From positions 1 through 64,000 of the forward strand of contig JAUFOR010000006.1 of NCBI GenBank assembly GCA_040285745.1: DNA of 64,000 nucleotides, given 5' to 3'. Below are positions 25,147-38,585 of this stretch, piece after piece. Within the stretch, counting starts at the first letter, position 1. Every line of letters begins with the position of its first letter. The notes beneath the pieces were generated by a model. It saw only the letters and a list, made by a program, of their open reading frames with translations, ran no database searches and was not told the origin of the DNA. Position numbers and translations under genes: made by a program. Origin of the DNA: Barthelona sp. PCE. Its lineage: Eukaryota.

Positions 25147-26490
25147 TCACTTTCTCCTGCTTCGCCGCGGTCTCCTAGGTTGCTTATACTTGGAGACGCC
25201 CTTGGGGGACAACGCGTCAATGAACAGCGTCGGGCGGCCGGGGAGGTGTCTTACGAGGAAATTTATCTCATTCACACAACTTGCAATAGCTGAGGCGTCG
25301 GTTTCCGAGATTCTTTCCAAGGCCTTCATGTAATCAGAGTTTCTATGGCCGATCCAGAGGCTGATGGCGGTGAGCATGACGGGGCGAGTTTCCTCCGAGA
25401 CTTCGTCGCTGCCTATGACTGCCATCAAGTCTAGGATACAGTGGAGGAATGCCACTGGGACTGCAGTTTTTTGACGACTAGCGTGGTATTGTCTTCTCTT
25501 CCAAGAATTTTCAGGGTTGCCGAGGCAAGTGAAGCTCTCGTTTATAATTCTATACCACCGGGAGCTATCGTTGGAGACATTGTTTTCTTCTAAAACGGGC
25601 AGGATTCCTGGGAAGAGGCCTCCGTTGTTGTAGTTGAGGGTTCTGGTGGCGCCGAACGTGGTTTTGAGGATTTCAATCAGGTTATCCCAGCCTGGCTCGG
25701 GGCCAAGCTTGGGCTCTTCCGTCATCCGAGCCATGAAGCCTTTTATCCTTCCCATGGCCTCAGGGTCAAATGGGCGGGCGAACGCATTCATGGATGGGTC
25801 TGTACCCCCTTGTGGAACCACAAAGTTGGGGGCCATTTGCTCCATCAGCGCCTCCTCGACATACCGGGATATGTCGCCCGAATTCCCCCTGAATGTATCG
25901 ATAATCTCGTCCCGCATTGCCACGATGTTACTCATGGGCAGGGGCTTGAGGACCGCCTCAAACGCGGCCTCATCGAAGTCGCTGGTCGCCTGGAGCTTCG
26001 CACGGGCACCCTGTGCAAATTTCCTGACACGGTCATGCAGAGGATACACAAGCTTAAAAAGCATGTCCCAGGCATTTTGTGCGACTCCTGAACTCGACCT
26101 CCTAAGGTCGGATGTTGCCTTTCTTATTTCGGCCGCGGTGGCCTCCGCGGTGGGCATGCCCATGAAGAGAAGAAGTAACGCGTACTTCTCCCTTTCACCG
26201 TCCTCGCTGCTGCCTCTGTCCCACACCGCAGTGGGGATGGGCTCGTTATGGTTTAGCAGCGGGATCTCATCTACAATGTGCACCAATGATGCCAAGAGGA
26301 CGGGTAGTACACTCTTGCACAGGTGGGACACTTTCTTGAGCTTCCAGAGCTCTGGACTATCCTTGAGGCTATACATGGCCTCAAAGACCATCTCTGCCAT
26401 GTCCACGACCCTCCTCACGGGCTCCTTGTAGTTTGTTTTTAAATTTCTAAAACTTAAACATTCTATTCCCTCATTTACATAACTCGACAT
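25147..26490 (-). CDS. ORF1, putative gag-like protein of the YR retrotransposon (447 aa)
   Basis: First ORF after terminal repeat A1; helical-looking sequence with Arg-rich tail PRRPRRSRRK; assignment is positional, no recognised motif. Confidence 0.7.
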   Translation of the reverse strand: MSSYVNEGIECLSFRNLKTNYKEPVRRVVDMAEMVFEAMYSLKDSPELWKLKKVSHLCKSVLPVLLASLVHIVDEIPLLNHNEPIPTAVWDRGSSEDGEREKYALLLLFMGMPTAEATAAEIRKATSDLRRSSSGVAQNAWDMLFKLVYPLHDRVRKFAQGARAKLQATSDFDEAAFEAVLKPLPMSNIVAMRDEIIDTFRGNSGDISRYVEEALMEQMAPNFVVPQGGTDPSMNAFARPFDPEAMGRIKGFMARMTEEPKLGPEPGWDNLIEILKTTFGATRTLNYNNGGLFPGILPVLEENNVSNDSSRWYRIINESFTCLGNPENSWKRRQYHASRQKTAVPVAFLHCILDLMAVIGSDEVSEETRPVMLTAISLWIGHRNSDYMKALERISETDASAIASCVNEINFLVRHLPGRPTLFIDALSPKGVSKYKQPRRPRRSRRK

Positions 26491-26538
26491 TGAACAAAGG
26501 ATTTAAATCTCAATATATATCAATCTTTGACGGGTTTT

Positions 26539-26676
26539 TTTTTGAATTCAGGAAAGAAATCGAAAAGCAGTTACTCGAGTCCGAGTAACTTAGCTAGGAT
26601 TATTCTTTAACTCTCACTATCAGTGTATGTCATCTAGGTTTCGGGTGCATCAAGATTCCGATTGCCATCAACTACA
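26539..26676 (-). repeat. Split direct repeat A1 (5' terminus of element)
   Basis: Near-identical to 20573-20705; contains hairpin AGTTACTCG-AGTC-CGAGTAACT. Confidence 0.92.
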
Positions 26677-27285
26677 AAATCCGAGGAGCAAGTAAAAAAC
26701 CTCAATTATTTCCAAGAAATTTGTCACACCCTCAACATGTTTTTATTAGCATGTAAAAAAACTATCGTTTTTAGACCGTAGAACATCAGATAGCATCATT
26801 AAGACCATTAAAATAGCAAAAATGTTGCTTAAAAGGTAAAAAAAAAAAACACCTTTTATATTACCGTAGTAAACCGTATTATGAATAATTTAGAGAGAGT
26901 GTGTAAGTGCAAAGCCAAAGAGATGTTATGTAGTAAGAGTAATGCTTGTGATATATGAGCGTACCGCTAAATACAATCATTCTTGATAGAAACCGTAGCT
27001 AATAAAATCATGTATTAGTATCAATAATACATACTAACTAACTAACAAAAGCAATAGCAAATATTCAAAGTCAAGGCTAATGAAGAAAATTGTAGATACA
27101 TCAGACGAAAAGTCTGCAGACTGCAGTTTGAAAAATTCAACTATAATTAGTAACAGTAAATATATAAAAGTCACAGATACTTTAGATTCTTTATGTATGT
27201 TGTTATGAATGTGAGAAACAAAGGTAAAAATACAAACACCTTTGATAGAAACCGTATTAAGATTAAAGTGATATAATAAATAATT

Positions 27286-27694
27286 ATATCGAAACGTCTC
27301 AAAGAAGATGAGGCTCAGCGGATCGTGCCGAAGTGACACTCTCACATACTTACACCACTCCTTGAGTAGGCCTACTCGTCTAGTAGGGTTTCAAACTAGT
27401 CATGCTCATTTATTATGCAAAGGTTACCGAACCAACATTTAGAAGATACGGTAAGTCTTATAATGTGCTCTCCGAATACATGAGTATTCTACACTGAGAC
27501 TTCTAAGCAATATTGACTAGGAAGTAATCGTTTTTTAGATTAGATGCCAACTTAGAGGCGTTCAGTTGTAATCTAACCTGCTTAGCTTCGCAGCAATGTC
27601 TGTTCAGACAACTGCAGATACCAAATGCAAGGTATAATAGTTCCTCTCGTACTTTACTACACTACTATCACGATTAATAAATCAAAAGGATTAA

Positions 27695-27739
<45 letters not shown>

Positions 27740-27773
27740 TTAACGGGTGAACAATCCGACACTTGGTGAATTC

Positions 27774-27818
<45 letters not shown>

Positions 27819-27841
27819 TACGTCGCTATGAACGCTTGGCA

Positions 27842-27876
<35 letters not shown>

Positions 27877-28269
27877 TCACACCTAGCTTAAAGCATTTAA
27901 AAAACTAAGTGATCGATAGGCCTTTGTTTCCAATGTATTTGACGTACTGAATCACATACTCAAGCGAGCTTTTACCCTTTTGTTCTAGAAGAGATTTCTG
28001 TCCTCTAGGAGCTCACCTTAGGACAACTAAGCTACGGTGTCTTAGTTGTACCGCCCCAGCCAAACTCCCAATCTGATTATGTTCTTAATTTGGGTTCAGC
28101 GCAAAGCTGTTAAATCTTAAAAAATTTCCATATAATTAAGTTAGTAAAACGTCGACGAGTATCATGGTCTTTCACCTTTGCCGGAGCTCCCATGTACCTA
28201 CACTACTCGAGACATTTCACAAAAGCAGACTAGAGTCAAGCTCAACAGGGTCTTCTTGCCCCTTTGATA

Positions 28270-28303
<34 letters not shown>

Positions 28304-28329
28304 TGATCGTAGATAGGGACAGTGGGAAC

Positions 28330-28402
<73 letters not shown>

Positions 28403-29670
28403 CCCCGCCGTTTACGAGTGCTTCAGCATATCACTACACATTCACAAAAAACATCGCACTGGGCAGAAATCACATTGCGTCAACGTCGTTTTACAACCAT
28501 CGCAATGCTGTGTTTTTATTAAACAGTCGGGTTCCCCTTGTCCGTACCAGTTCCAAGTTAGCTGTTAATTGTGATGAAACGTTCCGTAGAACTACCAAAA
28601 CCCTTTTAAATCGTAAATAAGACGTCCACTGAAAACCCCGAAGGGTATCTATAGCTATCGAATTGTCAGATATGTCCAGATTAAGGCTTCGATCACTCAG
28701 CCCTTAGAGCCAATCCTTTTCCCGAAGTTACGGATCTAATTTGCCGACTTCCCTTACCTACATTCATCAATCAGACCAGAGGCTACTCACCTTGGAGACC
28801 TGCGGCGGTTATGGGTACGGCTGTATTATAAAGATCATCCATTGGTTTTTCAAGGATCGTCGAAAGCGCACCGGACAGACGAATTGTCTGCTCGTGAGTA
28901 CATTTATCCATATCTCCAGCTGAACTGCTTCCATGGAAATAGTACTTTGAAAAGAGAAGAAAACTCTTCCCGGAACTTCCTACAATGTCACCAATTTCAT
29001 TCGTGTTACCACCTACTACATAATACAGTACAGGAATATAAACCTGCTTCCCTTTTCGATAGGAGTGCACAAAGCACTTTTGATACAGAGTTAACCTATC
29101 TCTTAGGACCGACTAACCTATGTCCAAATACAGTTGACATAGAACCCTTCTCCACTTCGGCCTTCGAGGTTCTCACTCGAATACTTGCTACTTCCACCAA
29201 GATCTGCACTAGAGACTGTTCCAGTCCGATTCACATCGTAACCTTCTTAACAAATCTCCACGCCCTCCTACACATTGGAACTTACATTGATTGTTCCAAT
29301 GGTGGAGTATAGGTAATACGCTTGAGCGCCATCCATTTTCAGGGCTAATTGATTCGGCTGGTGAGTTATAACACACTCCTTAGCGGATTCCAACTTCTAT
29401 GGCCACCGTCCAGCTGTCATAATCAAACAACACCTTTTATGGGATCTAATGAGCGTATATTTAGGCACCTCAACTCCACGTTCGGTTCATCCCGCATCGC
29501 CAGTTCTGCTTACCAAAAAATGGCCCACTAAGAGTTCTGATTCTACATCCAAGTTCAAATTAAGTAACATGGACTGCTTGCCCGTTCAAAGTTTGAGAAT
29601 AGGCTGAGGTCATTTCGTCCCCAGTACCTCTAATCAGTGGCTTTACCAGACAAAACTCATATGAACTCCT

Positions 29671-29710
<40 letters not shown>

Positions 29711-30690
29711 CGATTCGATTAGTCTTTCGCCCCTATACCCAAGTTTGACGATCGATTTGTACGTCAGAACCGCTTCGGACCTCCACCTGAGTTTCCCCAG
29801 GCTTCATCCTACTCAGGCATAGTTCACCGTCTTTCGGGTCCCAAACAACATGCTCCAACTCCATGGATTTGCCAAAGCGCCTCCCGGGTCGATTGTGCAC
29901 CTTACAGGTTCCAACCTCAGTGGACTTGGTCCACCTTTACTTTCATTTCGCGTATGGGTTTAACACCCAAACACTCGCATGTTACTTAGACTCCTTGGTC
30001 CGTGTTTCAAGACGGGTGAGTTAGCACCCATTACCATCATCTTGATTGAAGCAAATTACCATCTGCCTACTAATTAAACAGTAACTCAACACAAAGTGAC
30101 GACTAAACTGAATAACTTCGCTAGCTTATTGCAACCTACAGACAATCTCGTTCCTCTGTCTCCGTTGAATATACTCGAGGTCTATAAAGATCCGAAGATC
30201 CACCTTTCCTCGTGAGCCAAACAACATGAAACAGATGATAGTGACTAGTATGGAAACCCATACAATCAGAGTACTAACACCTTCCCTTTCAACAATTTCA
30301 GGTACTTTTAACCCTCTCTTCAGAGTACTTTTCATCGTTCGTTCACACTACTTATTTGCTATCGGTCTTCCAGAAATATTTAGCTTTAGGTGATGCTTAC
30401 CACCCACTTAAGACTCCAATCCCAAAGAGCCCGACTCTTAGAGCTAACGGGTATTTACTTATCAGCGACACAAACGGGACTATCACCCTCTATGGTATAC
30501 CGTTCCAGGTAACTTAGTGTCGCATCCAAATAATCCGAAAGTCTATATGCCACAACAGTTCCATACGGAACTTTTAGGCGTGAGCTTTTCCCTTTTCGCT
30601 CGCCGCTACTAGGGGAATCGCAGTTGCTTTCTTTTCCTGCGCTTAGTAATATGCTTAAATTCAGCGCGTTCTCCTACTTGATTTGAGGTA
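27286..30690 (-). rRNA. 28S (LSU) rRNA (unit 4)
   Basis: Conserved LSU motifs. Confidence 0.97.
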
Positions 30691-30822
30691 AAATATTAAA
30701 GACTTAACCCAAAGTGGTCTTTTGCACATATGCTAAGATTCACTATGAAGGGAGATATTTCATTAAAACATATTTCTATGTTAAAACAGTCCAACAACAG
30801 AATTGTTGTTATAATAAATATT

Positions 30823-30965
30823 ACGCTCAAACAAGCATACCTCCGAAGAGGTGCAATTTGCGTTCAGAAATTTGATGATCAACAGGGTCTGCAATTCACA
30901 TTACGTATCGCAGTTCGCTGCGTCCTTCATCGATCTGGAAACCAAGACATCCATTGTTGAAAGTT
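30823..30965 (-). rRNA. 5.8S rRNA (unit 4)
   Basis: Conserved 5.8S motifs. Confidence 0.95.
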
Positions 30966-31104
30966 ATCATGGTTAATTATCTTACATATGTAAGAGATAT
31001 TTTAGGTTATATAGTATAAAAAGCAAACATCAAAGATGTTTTCTAATAATTACACAATTTGTTTGTATTTAAGAGTACAACGCAATGTTGTCTCTTGAAT
31101 TTGC

Positions 31105-31247
31105 TATTGATCCAACCGAAGGTTCACCTACGGTTACCTTGTTACGACTTTTCCTTCCTCTAGATGATAAGACACACTGAACTTTTCACCCAACTAAGTA
31201 TTGCTACTGTGCGTTGGCGCGATCCGAACATTTTGGCACATCATCCG

Positions 31248-31291
<44 letters not shown>

Positions 31292-31730
31292 ATCAGCGTG
31301 CGCTAATGACACACACTTACTAGGAATTCCTTGTTCATGACCCATAATTGCAAAGGTCAATCCCAACATCACGATGTCTTTTAAAGATTAGCCAGGCCTC
31401 TCGACCAAGCTATTGCTTATTGACGACATCAGTGTAGCACGCGTGCGGCCCAGGACATCTAAGAGCATCACAGACCTGTTATTGCCCCAACCTTCCTCCA
31501 GATAAAACTCTGGCAGTCCCTCTAAGAAGTTGGTCCATTTTGTAAAAAATGTCCAACTATTTAGCAGGATGGGGTCTCGTTCGTTAACGGAATTAACCAG
31601 ACAAATCACTCCACCAACTAAGAACGGCCATGCACTACCACTCATAGAATCAAGAAACTGCTCTCAAAGTGTCAATCATTACTATGTCCGGCCCTGGTAA
31701 GTTGTTCCGTGTTGAATCAGATTAAGCCGC

Positions 31731-31799
<69 letters not shown>

Positions 31800-32893
31800 A
31801 GAACCCAAAAACTTTGATTTCTCGTAAGGTGCTGGGGGGTACAATAAACCTGTGCCTCCAATCCCTAGTCGGCATAGTTTATGGTTGAGACTACGACGGT
31901 GTCTAATCGTCTTCGATTCCCCAACTATCGTTCTTGATCAATGAAAACATCCTTGTCGAACGCCTTCGCTTCTGTTTGTCATTAGGAGATCAGAAAATTT
32001 CACCTCTCACTCCTAAGTACAGACGACCCCAAACTGTCCCTATTAATCATTACTCCTTCCTATGTACCAACAAAAGGTCAGAGTCCTATTTCATTATCCC
32101 ATGCTAGTGTATTCAATTGCGTATACCTGCTTTGAACACTCTAATTTATTCAAGGTAAAAAAACCATATCTAACAGACGCCCTAAGGAATCTGAAGAAAA
32201 TGGTAGGAAGAACCAGTACAATAAAGATGTAATCTAACGATAATCATCCATGCACTGATTCACAAGTTCAACTACGAGCTTTTTTAACTGCAACAGTTTT
32301 AACATACGCTATTGGAGCTGGTATTACCGCGGCTGCTGGCACCAGACTTGCCCTCCAATTGCTTTCTAAAGGTCTATTTACACCTAAACCATTACATGCC
32401 GGGACACATAGTGCCTACGGTTGTTATTTCTTGTCACCTTCTCCCTGAGTCAGGATTGGAAAATTTTCGCGCCTGCTGCCTTCCGTGGAAGTGGGAGCCG
32501 TTTCTCAGGCTCCCTCTCCGGAATCGAACCCTGATTCTCCGTTACCCGTCAACACCTTCGTAGGCCTCTATCCTACGAATAAGTATGATAGGGCAGAGAT
32601 TTAAATGATACGTCGCGTCAAGAGACAACGATCAGCGAATATATTATGATTCACCTAAGTCAGCTAATGAAAGCTGGGTTGGTTTAGTCTAATATATGCA
32701 ATCCTTCGTGAGTTGGATTTTTGTACATGTATTAGCCCTAGTTTACCACGGTTATCCTAGTAGTAAGACTATCAAAGAAATTATCACTGATTTAATGAGC
32801 CATTCGCAGTTTCTCAGTATAAATGATCATACTTAGACATGCATGGCTAAATCCTTGAGACAAGCATATGATACTGGCAGGATCAACCAGGTA
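31105..32893 (-). rRNA. 18S (SSU) rRNA (unit 4)
   Basis: Universal SSU motifs. Confidence 0.97.
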
Positions 32894-33834
32894 ACTTTTT
32901 TAAAACATCGGCGAACCGAGTTCTTAAAAGCAAGACTAAAGTCTTTTTCCTAATTGTATAGACAGAAAGTCTGTGTAAGACAATCTGCTAAATCCTTTCA
33001 GATCTATCATAATTCTCTGCTTTATGCACGATTCATTTGTTACATATATTAAATATGACATCAAATGATACTAACATAAAACATACAGCTGCTCTGACAT
33101 GCGACTTCCCTTTACAGAGAAGATCACACCGATTACAGCACTCAAACATTCAACAATGTTACCGTTAAAGGTACAAATACAGAACGTTTTTTTCTTACTA
33201 ATGTAAGAAATCCTTGTGTTCCGTTTAAAATCGGGTCTAAACCCATTTTTACTTGAACACAAGTTTATTTTATCATAAACATTATACTAACTTACAATGT
33301 AAGCTTTCAATGACTGAGTAGAGTGTTACCACTCTCCTCAACTATACTTTAAATTACTTTTAGTACAGACATGAAAATCAAAAAATTTAACATTAGGGCC
33401 TCTAATAAAATGACTGAAAAAATATGCATATTTTTTTAGCTTGTCAACACATTGGATTTCTCACTCATTCTAAAAATTTCTAAAAAGTACTTGTTGTCAC
33501 AGCAAGGCGCGTTCACGCCTATGCTGTGACTTTATTCATCAGCTTAGACCCTCCAAGTGCACAAAAATGAAGTTAAAACGATAAAAAAAATAAAAAAAAA
33601 AAACAACTCACAAAAACTACGGTTTTCAATATAGAACACTTAAAAAAAGTGTGATTGTTGACATTAATCAGACCTCAAACGATATTAAGTTCATTATAGG
33701 CAATATAATGATTGAAAAAAAAAAGCAAAATTTTTCTACTTTCTAAATAACCTTGCTCCTTATTCCTATAGACCTGAAAACACGTTTACAGACCGTTTTC
33801 GTGCATTCTGACGGTTCAAAAAATGCAAATAAAA

Positions 33835-33953
33835 AGCTTACAGCACTTGGGATTCCCGCGGGCTCTCGCAACGCAGTACTAACCAAGCCCTAACCTGCTT
33901 AACCTCAGTGTTCGGGATGAGAACTGGCGTTTCCAGGTTGGTATGGCCGAAGC
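33835..33953 (-). rRNA. 5S rRNA (unit 4)
   Basis: Identical to the unit 3 5S. Confidence 0.95.
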
Positions 33954-34218
33954 TGGAAATCTTAGTCGATTTTCAAAACTCGGATCTACATACCAAAATG
34001 TTGTAAAAAAAAATCTCAAATTCGTGGCTTCACTAATAAATTCAATGGAGAAGGGCGAAATCCGAGGAGCAAGTAAAAAACCTCAATTATTTCCAAGAAA
34101 TTTGTCACACCCTCAACATGTTTTTATTAGCATGTAAAAAAACTATTGTTTTTTTAGACCGTAGAACATCAGATAGCATCATTAAGACCATTAAAATAGC
34201 AAAAATGTTGCTTAAAAG

Positions 34219-34450
34219 TCGTAGGAGGTTGTAAATTTACTTCGGAGTTAGACACTTGTACGGGAGTTATGAGCTCCCCTCGAGTGCTGTGCTTGCACTG
34301 AGAATTGTTCTAGAGCCCTTTTTTTTTTTTTTTAAATAAAAGGGGAGAAAGAAATGATGTAAGTACTCACAGAGTACAAGAGGGAAGACCGCGTGTCTAC
34401 TCCTCAGTAGATTTACTCCTACGAAATAGCGTGTTATTCACAAGCGTGCC
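34219..34450. repeat. Fold-back (imperfect inverted repeat) segment in rDNA spacer
   Basis: Same segment as 41841-42067. Confidence 0.6.
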
Positions 34451-34906
34451 GTAAAAAAAAAAAACACCTTTTATATTACCGTAGTAAACCGTATTATGAA
34501 TAATTTAGAGAGAGTGTGTAAGTGCAAAGCCAAAGAGATGTTATGTAGTAAGAATAATGCTTGTGATATATGAGCGTACCGCTAAATACAATCATTCTTG
34601 ATAGAAACCGTAGCTAATAAAATCATGTATTAGTATCAATAATACATACTAACTAACTAACAAAAGCAATAGCAAATATTCAAAGTCAAGGCTAATGAAG
34701 AAAATTGTAGATACATCAGACGAAAAGTCTGCAGACTGCAGTTTGAAAAATTCAACTATAATTAGTAACAGTAAATATATAAAAAGTCACAGATACTTTA
34801 GATTCTTTTTATGTATGTTGTTATGAATGTGAGAAACAAAGGTAAAAAAAATACAAACACCTTTGATAGAAACCGTATTAAGATTAAAGTGATATAATAA
34901 ATAATT

Positions 34907-35317
34907 ATATCGAAACGTCTCAAAGAAGATGAGGCTCAGCGGATCGTGCCGAAGTGACACTCTCACATACTTACACCACTCCTTGAGTAGGCCTACTCGT
35001 CTAGTAGGGTTTCAAACTAGTCATGCTCATTTATTATGCAAAGGTTACCGAACCAACATTTAGAAGATACGGTAAGTCTTATAATGTGCTCTCCGAATAC
35101 ATGAGTATTCTACACTGAGACTTCTAAGCAATATTGACTAGGAAGTAATCGTTTTTTTTAGATTAGATGCCAACTTAGAGGCGTTCAGTTGTAATCTAAC
35201 CTGCTTAGCTTCGCAGCAATGTCTGTTCAGACAACTGCAGATACCAAATGCAAGGTATAATAGTTCCTCTCGTACTTTACTACACTACTATCACGATTAA
35301 TAAATCAAAAGGATTAA

Positions 35318-35362
<45 letters not shown>

Positions 35363-35396
35363 TTAACGGGTGAACAATCCGACACTTGGTGAATTC

Positions 35397-35441
<45 letters not shown>

Positions 35442-35464
35442 TACGTCGCTATGAACGCTTGGCA

Positions 35465-35499
<35 letters not shown>

Positions 35500-35891
35500 T
35501 CACACCTAGCTTAAAGCATTTAAAAACTAAGTGATCGATAGGCCTTTGTTTCCAATGTATTTGACGTACTGAATCACATACTCAAGCGAGCTTTTACCCT
35601 TTTGTTCTAGAAGAGATTTCTGTCCTCTAGGAGCTCACCTTAGGACAACTAAGCTACGGTGTCTTAGTTGTACCGCCCCAGCCAAACTCCCAATCTGATT
35701 ATGTTCTTAATTTGGGTTCAGCGCAAAGCTGTTAAATCTTAAAAAATTTCCATATAATTAAGTTAGTAAAACGTCGACGAGTATCATGGTCTTTCACCTT
35801 TGCCGGAGCTCCCATGTACCTACACTACTCGAGACATTTCACAAAAGCAGACTAGAGTCAAGCTCAACAGGGTCTTCTTGCCCCTTTGATA

Positions 35892-35925
<34 letters not shown>

Positions 35926-35951
35926 TGATCGTAGATAGGGACAGTGGGAAC

Positions 35952-36024
<73 letters not shown>

Positions 36025-37290
36025 CCCCGCCGTTTACGAGTGCTTCAGCATATCACTACACATTCACAAAAACATCGCACTGGGCAGAAATCACATTGCG
36101 TCAACGTCGTTTTACAACCATCGCAATGCTGTGTTTTTATTAAACAGTCGGGTTCCCCTTGTCCGTACCAGTTCCAAGTTAGCTGTTAATTGTGATGAAA
36201 CGTTCCGTAGAACTACCAAAACCCTTTTAAATCGTAAATAAGACGTCCACTGAAAACCCCGAAGGGTATCTATAGCTATCGAATTGTCAGATATGTCCAG
36301 ATTAAGGCTTCGATCACTCAGCCCTTAGAGCCAATCCTTTTCCCGAAGTTACGGATCTAATTTGCCGACTTCCCTTACCTACATTCATCAATCAGACCAG
36401 AGGCTACTCACCTTGGAGACCTGCGGCGGTTATGGGTACGGCTGTATTATAAAGATCATCCATTGGTTTTTCAAGGATCGTCGAAAGCGCACCGGACAGA
36501 CGAATTGTCTGCTCGTGAGTACATTTATCCATATCTCCAGCTGAACTGCTTCCATGGAAATAGTACTTTGAAAAGAGAAGAAAACTCTTCCCGGAACTTC
36601 CTACAATGTCACCAATTTCATTCGTGTTACCACCTACTACATAATACAGTACAGGAATATAAACCTGCTTCCCTTTCGATAGGAGTGCACAAAGCACTTT
36701 TGATACAGAGTTAACCTATCTCTTAGGACCGACTAACCTATGTCCAAATACAGTTGACATAGAACCCTTCTCCACTTCGGCCTTCGAGGTTCTCACTCGA
36801 ATACTTGCTACTTCCACCAAGATCTGCACTAGAGACTGTTCCAGTCCGATTCACATCGTAACCTTCTTAACAAATCTCCACGCCCTCCTACACATTGGAA
36901 CTTACATTGATTGTTCCAATGGTGGAGTATAGGTAATACGCTTGAGCGCCATCCATTTTCAGGGCTAATTGATTCGGCTGGTGAGTTATAACACACTCCT
37001 TAGCGGATTCCAACTTCTATGGCCACCGTCCAGCTGTCATAATCAAACAACACCTTTTATGGGATCTAATGAGCGTATATTTAGGCACCTCAACTCCACG
37101 TTCGGTTCATCCCGCATCGCCAGTTCTGCTTACCAAAAAATGGCCCACTAAGAGTTCTGATTCTACATCCAAGTTCAAATTAAGTAACATGGACTGCTTG
37201 CCCGTTCAAAGTTTGAGAATAGGCTGAGGTCATTTCGTCCCCAGTACCTCTAATCAGTGGCTTTACCAGACAAAACTCATATGAACTCCT

Positions 37291-37330
<40 letters not shown>

Positions 37331-38310
37331 CGATTCGATTAGTCTTTCGCCCCTATACCCAAGTTTGACGATCGATTTGTACGTCAGAACCGCTTCGGAC
37401 CTCCACCTGAGTTTCCCCAGGCTTCATCCTACTCAGGCATAGTTCACCGTCTTTCGGGTCCCAAACAACATGCTCCAACTCCATGGATTTGCCAAAGCGC
37501 CTCCCGGGTCGATTGTGCACCTTACAGGTTCCAACCTCAGTGGACTTGGTCCACCTTTACTTTCATTTCGCGTATGGGTTTAACACCCAAACACTCGCAT
37601 GTTACTTAGACTCCTTGGTCCGTGTTTCAAGACGGGTGAGTTAGCACCCATTACCATCATCTTGATTGAAGCAAATTACCATCTGCCTACTAATTAAACA
37701 GTAACTCAACACAAAGTGACGACTAAACTGAATAACTTCGCTAGCTTATTGCAACCTACAGACAATCTCGTTCCTCTGTCTCCGTTGAATATACTCGAGG
37801 TCTATAAAGATCCGAAGATCCACCTTTCCCCGTGAGCCAAACAACATGAAACAGATGATAGTGACTAGTATGGAAACCCATACAATCAGAGTACTAACAC
37901 CTTCCCTTTCAACAATTTCAGGTACTTTTAACCCTCTCTTCAGAGTACTTTTCATCGTTCGTTCACACTACTTATTTGCTATCGGTCTTCCAGAAATATT
38001 TAGCTTTAGGTGATGCTTACCACCCACTTAAGACTCCAATCCCAAAGAGCCCGACTCTTAGAGCTAACGGGTATTTACTTATCAGCGACACAAACGGGAC
38101 TATCACCCTCTATGGTATACCGTTCCAGGTAACTTAGTGTCGCATCCAAATAATCCGAAAGTCTATATGCCACAACAGTTCCATACGGAACTTTTAGGCG
38201 TGAGCTTTTCCCTTTTCGCTCGCCGCTACTAGGGGAATCGCAGTTGCTTTCTTTTCCTGCGCTTAGTAATATGCTTAAATTCAGCGCGTTCTCCTACTTG
38301 ATTTGAGGTA
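34907..38310 (-). rRNA. 28S (LSU) rRNA (unit 5)
   Basis: Conserved LSU motifs. Confidence 0.97.
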
Positions 38311-38442
38311 AAATATTAAAGACTTAACCCAAAGTGGTCTTTTGCACATATGCTAAGATTCACTATGAAGGGAGATATTTCATTAAAACATATTTCTATG
38401 TTAAAACAGTCCAACAACAGAATTGTTGTTATAATAAATATT

Positions 38443-38585
38443 ACGCTCAAACAAGCATACCTCCGAAGAGGTGCAATTTGCGTTCAGAAATTTGATGATC
38501 AACAGGGTCTGCAATTCACATTACGTATCGCAGTTCGCTGCGTCCTTCATCGATCTGGAAACCAAGACATCCATTGTTGAAAGTT
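38443..38585 (-). rRNA. 5.8S rRNA (unit 5)
   Basis: Conserved 5.8S motifs. Confidence 0.95.

Larger units (their letters stand above)
20271..26676 (-). mobile_element. Tyrosine-recombinase retrotransposon (DIRS order, split-direct-repeat Ngaro/PAT-like), full length, inserted in rDNA spacer
   Basis: Interrupts the spacer sequence GAAGGGCG|AAATCCGAGG, which is intact in units 4 and 5; encodes gag-like, RT, RNase H and YR; A1...B1-A2...B2 split direct repeats; no TSD. Confidence 0.93.

Noticed and set aside
21854-26431. Long + strand ORFs inside the element (232 aa, 265 aa and others)
   Set aside because: Antisense shadows of the gag/pol frame; Ser/Arg-rich with no motifs.
20271-26676. Interpretation as an LTR retrotransposon, prophage or bacterial integrative element
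   Set aside because: No full LTR pair, TSD, DDE integrase or protease; RT/RNase H motifs and split repeats fit the DIRS order.
28370-28400. R2/R1-type insertion or group I intron in the rRNA genes
   Set aside because: The R2 target region (TTGGCTACCTTAAGAGAG on +) is uninterrupted in all complete 28S copies, and gene lengths are uniform.
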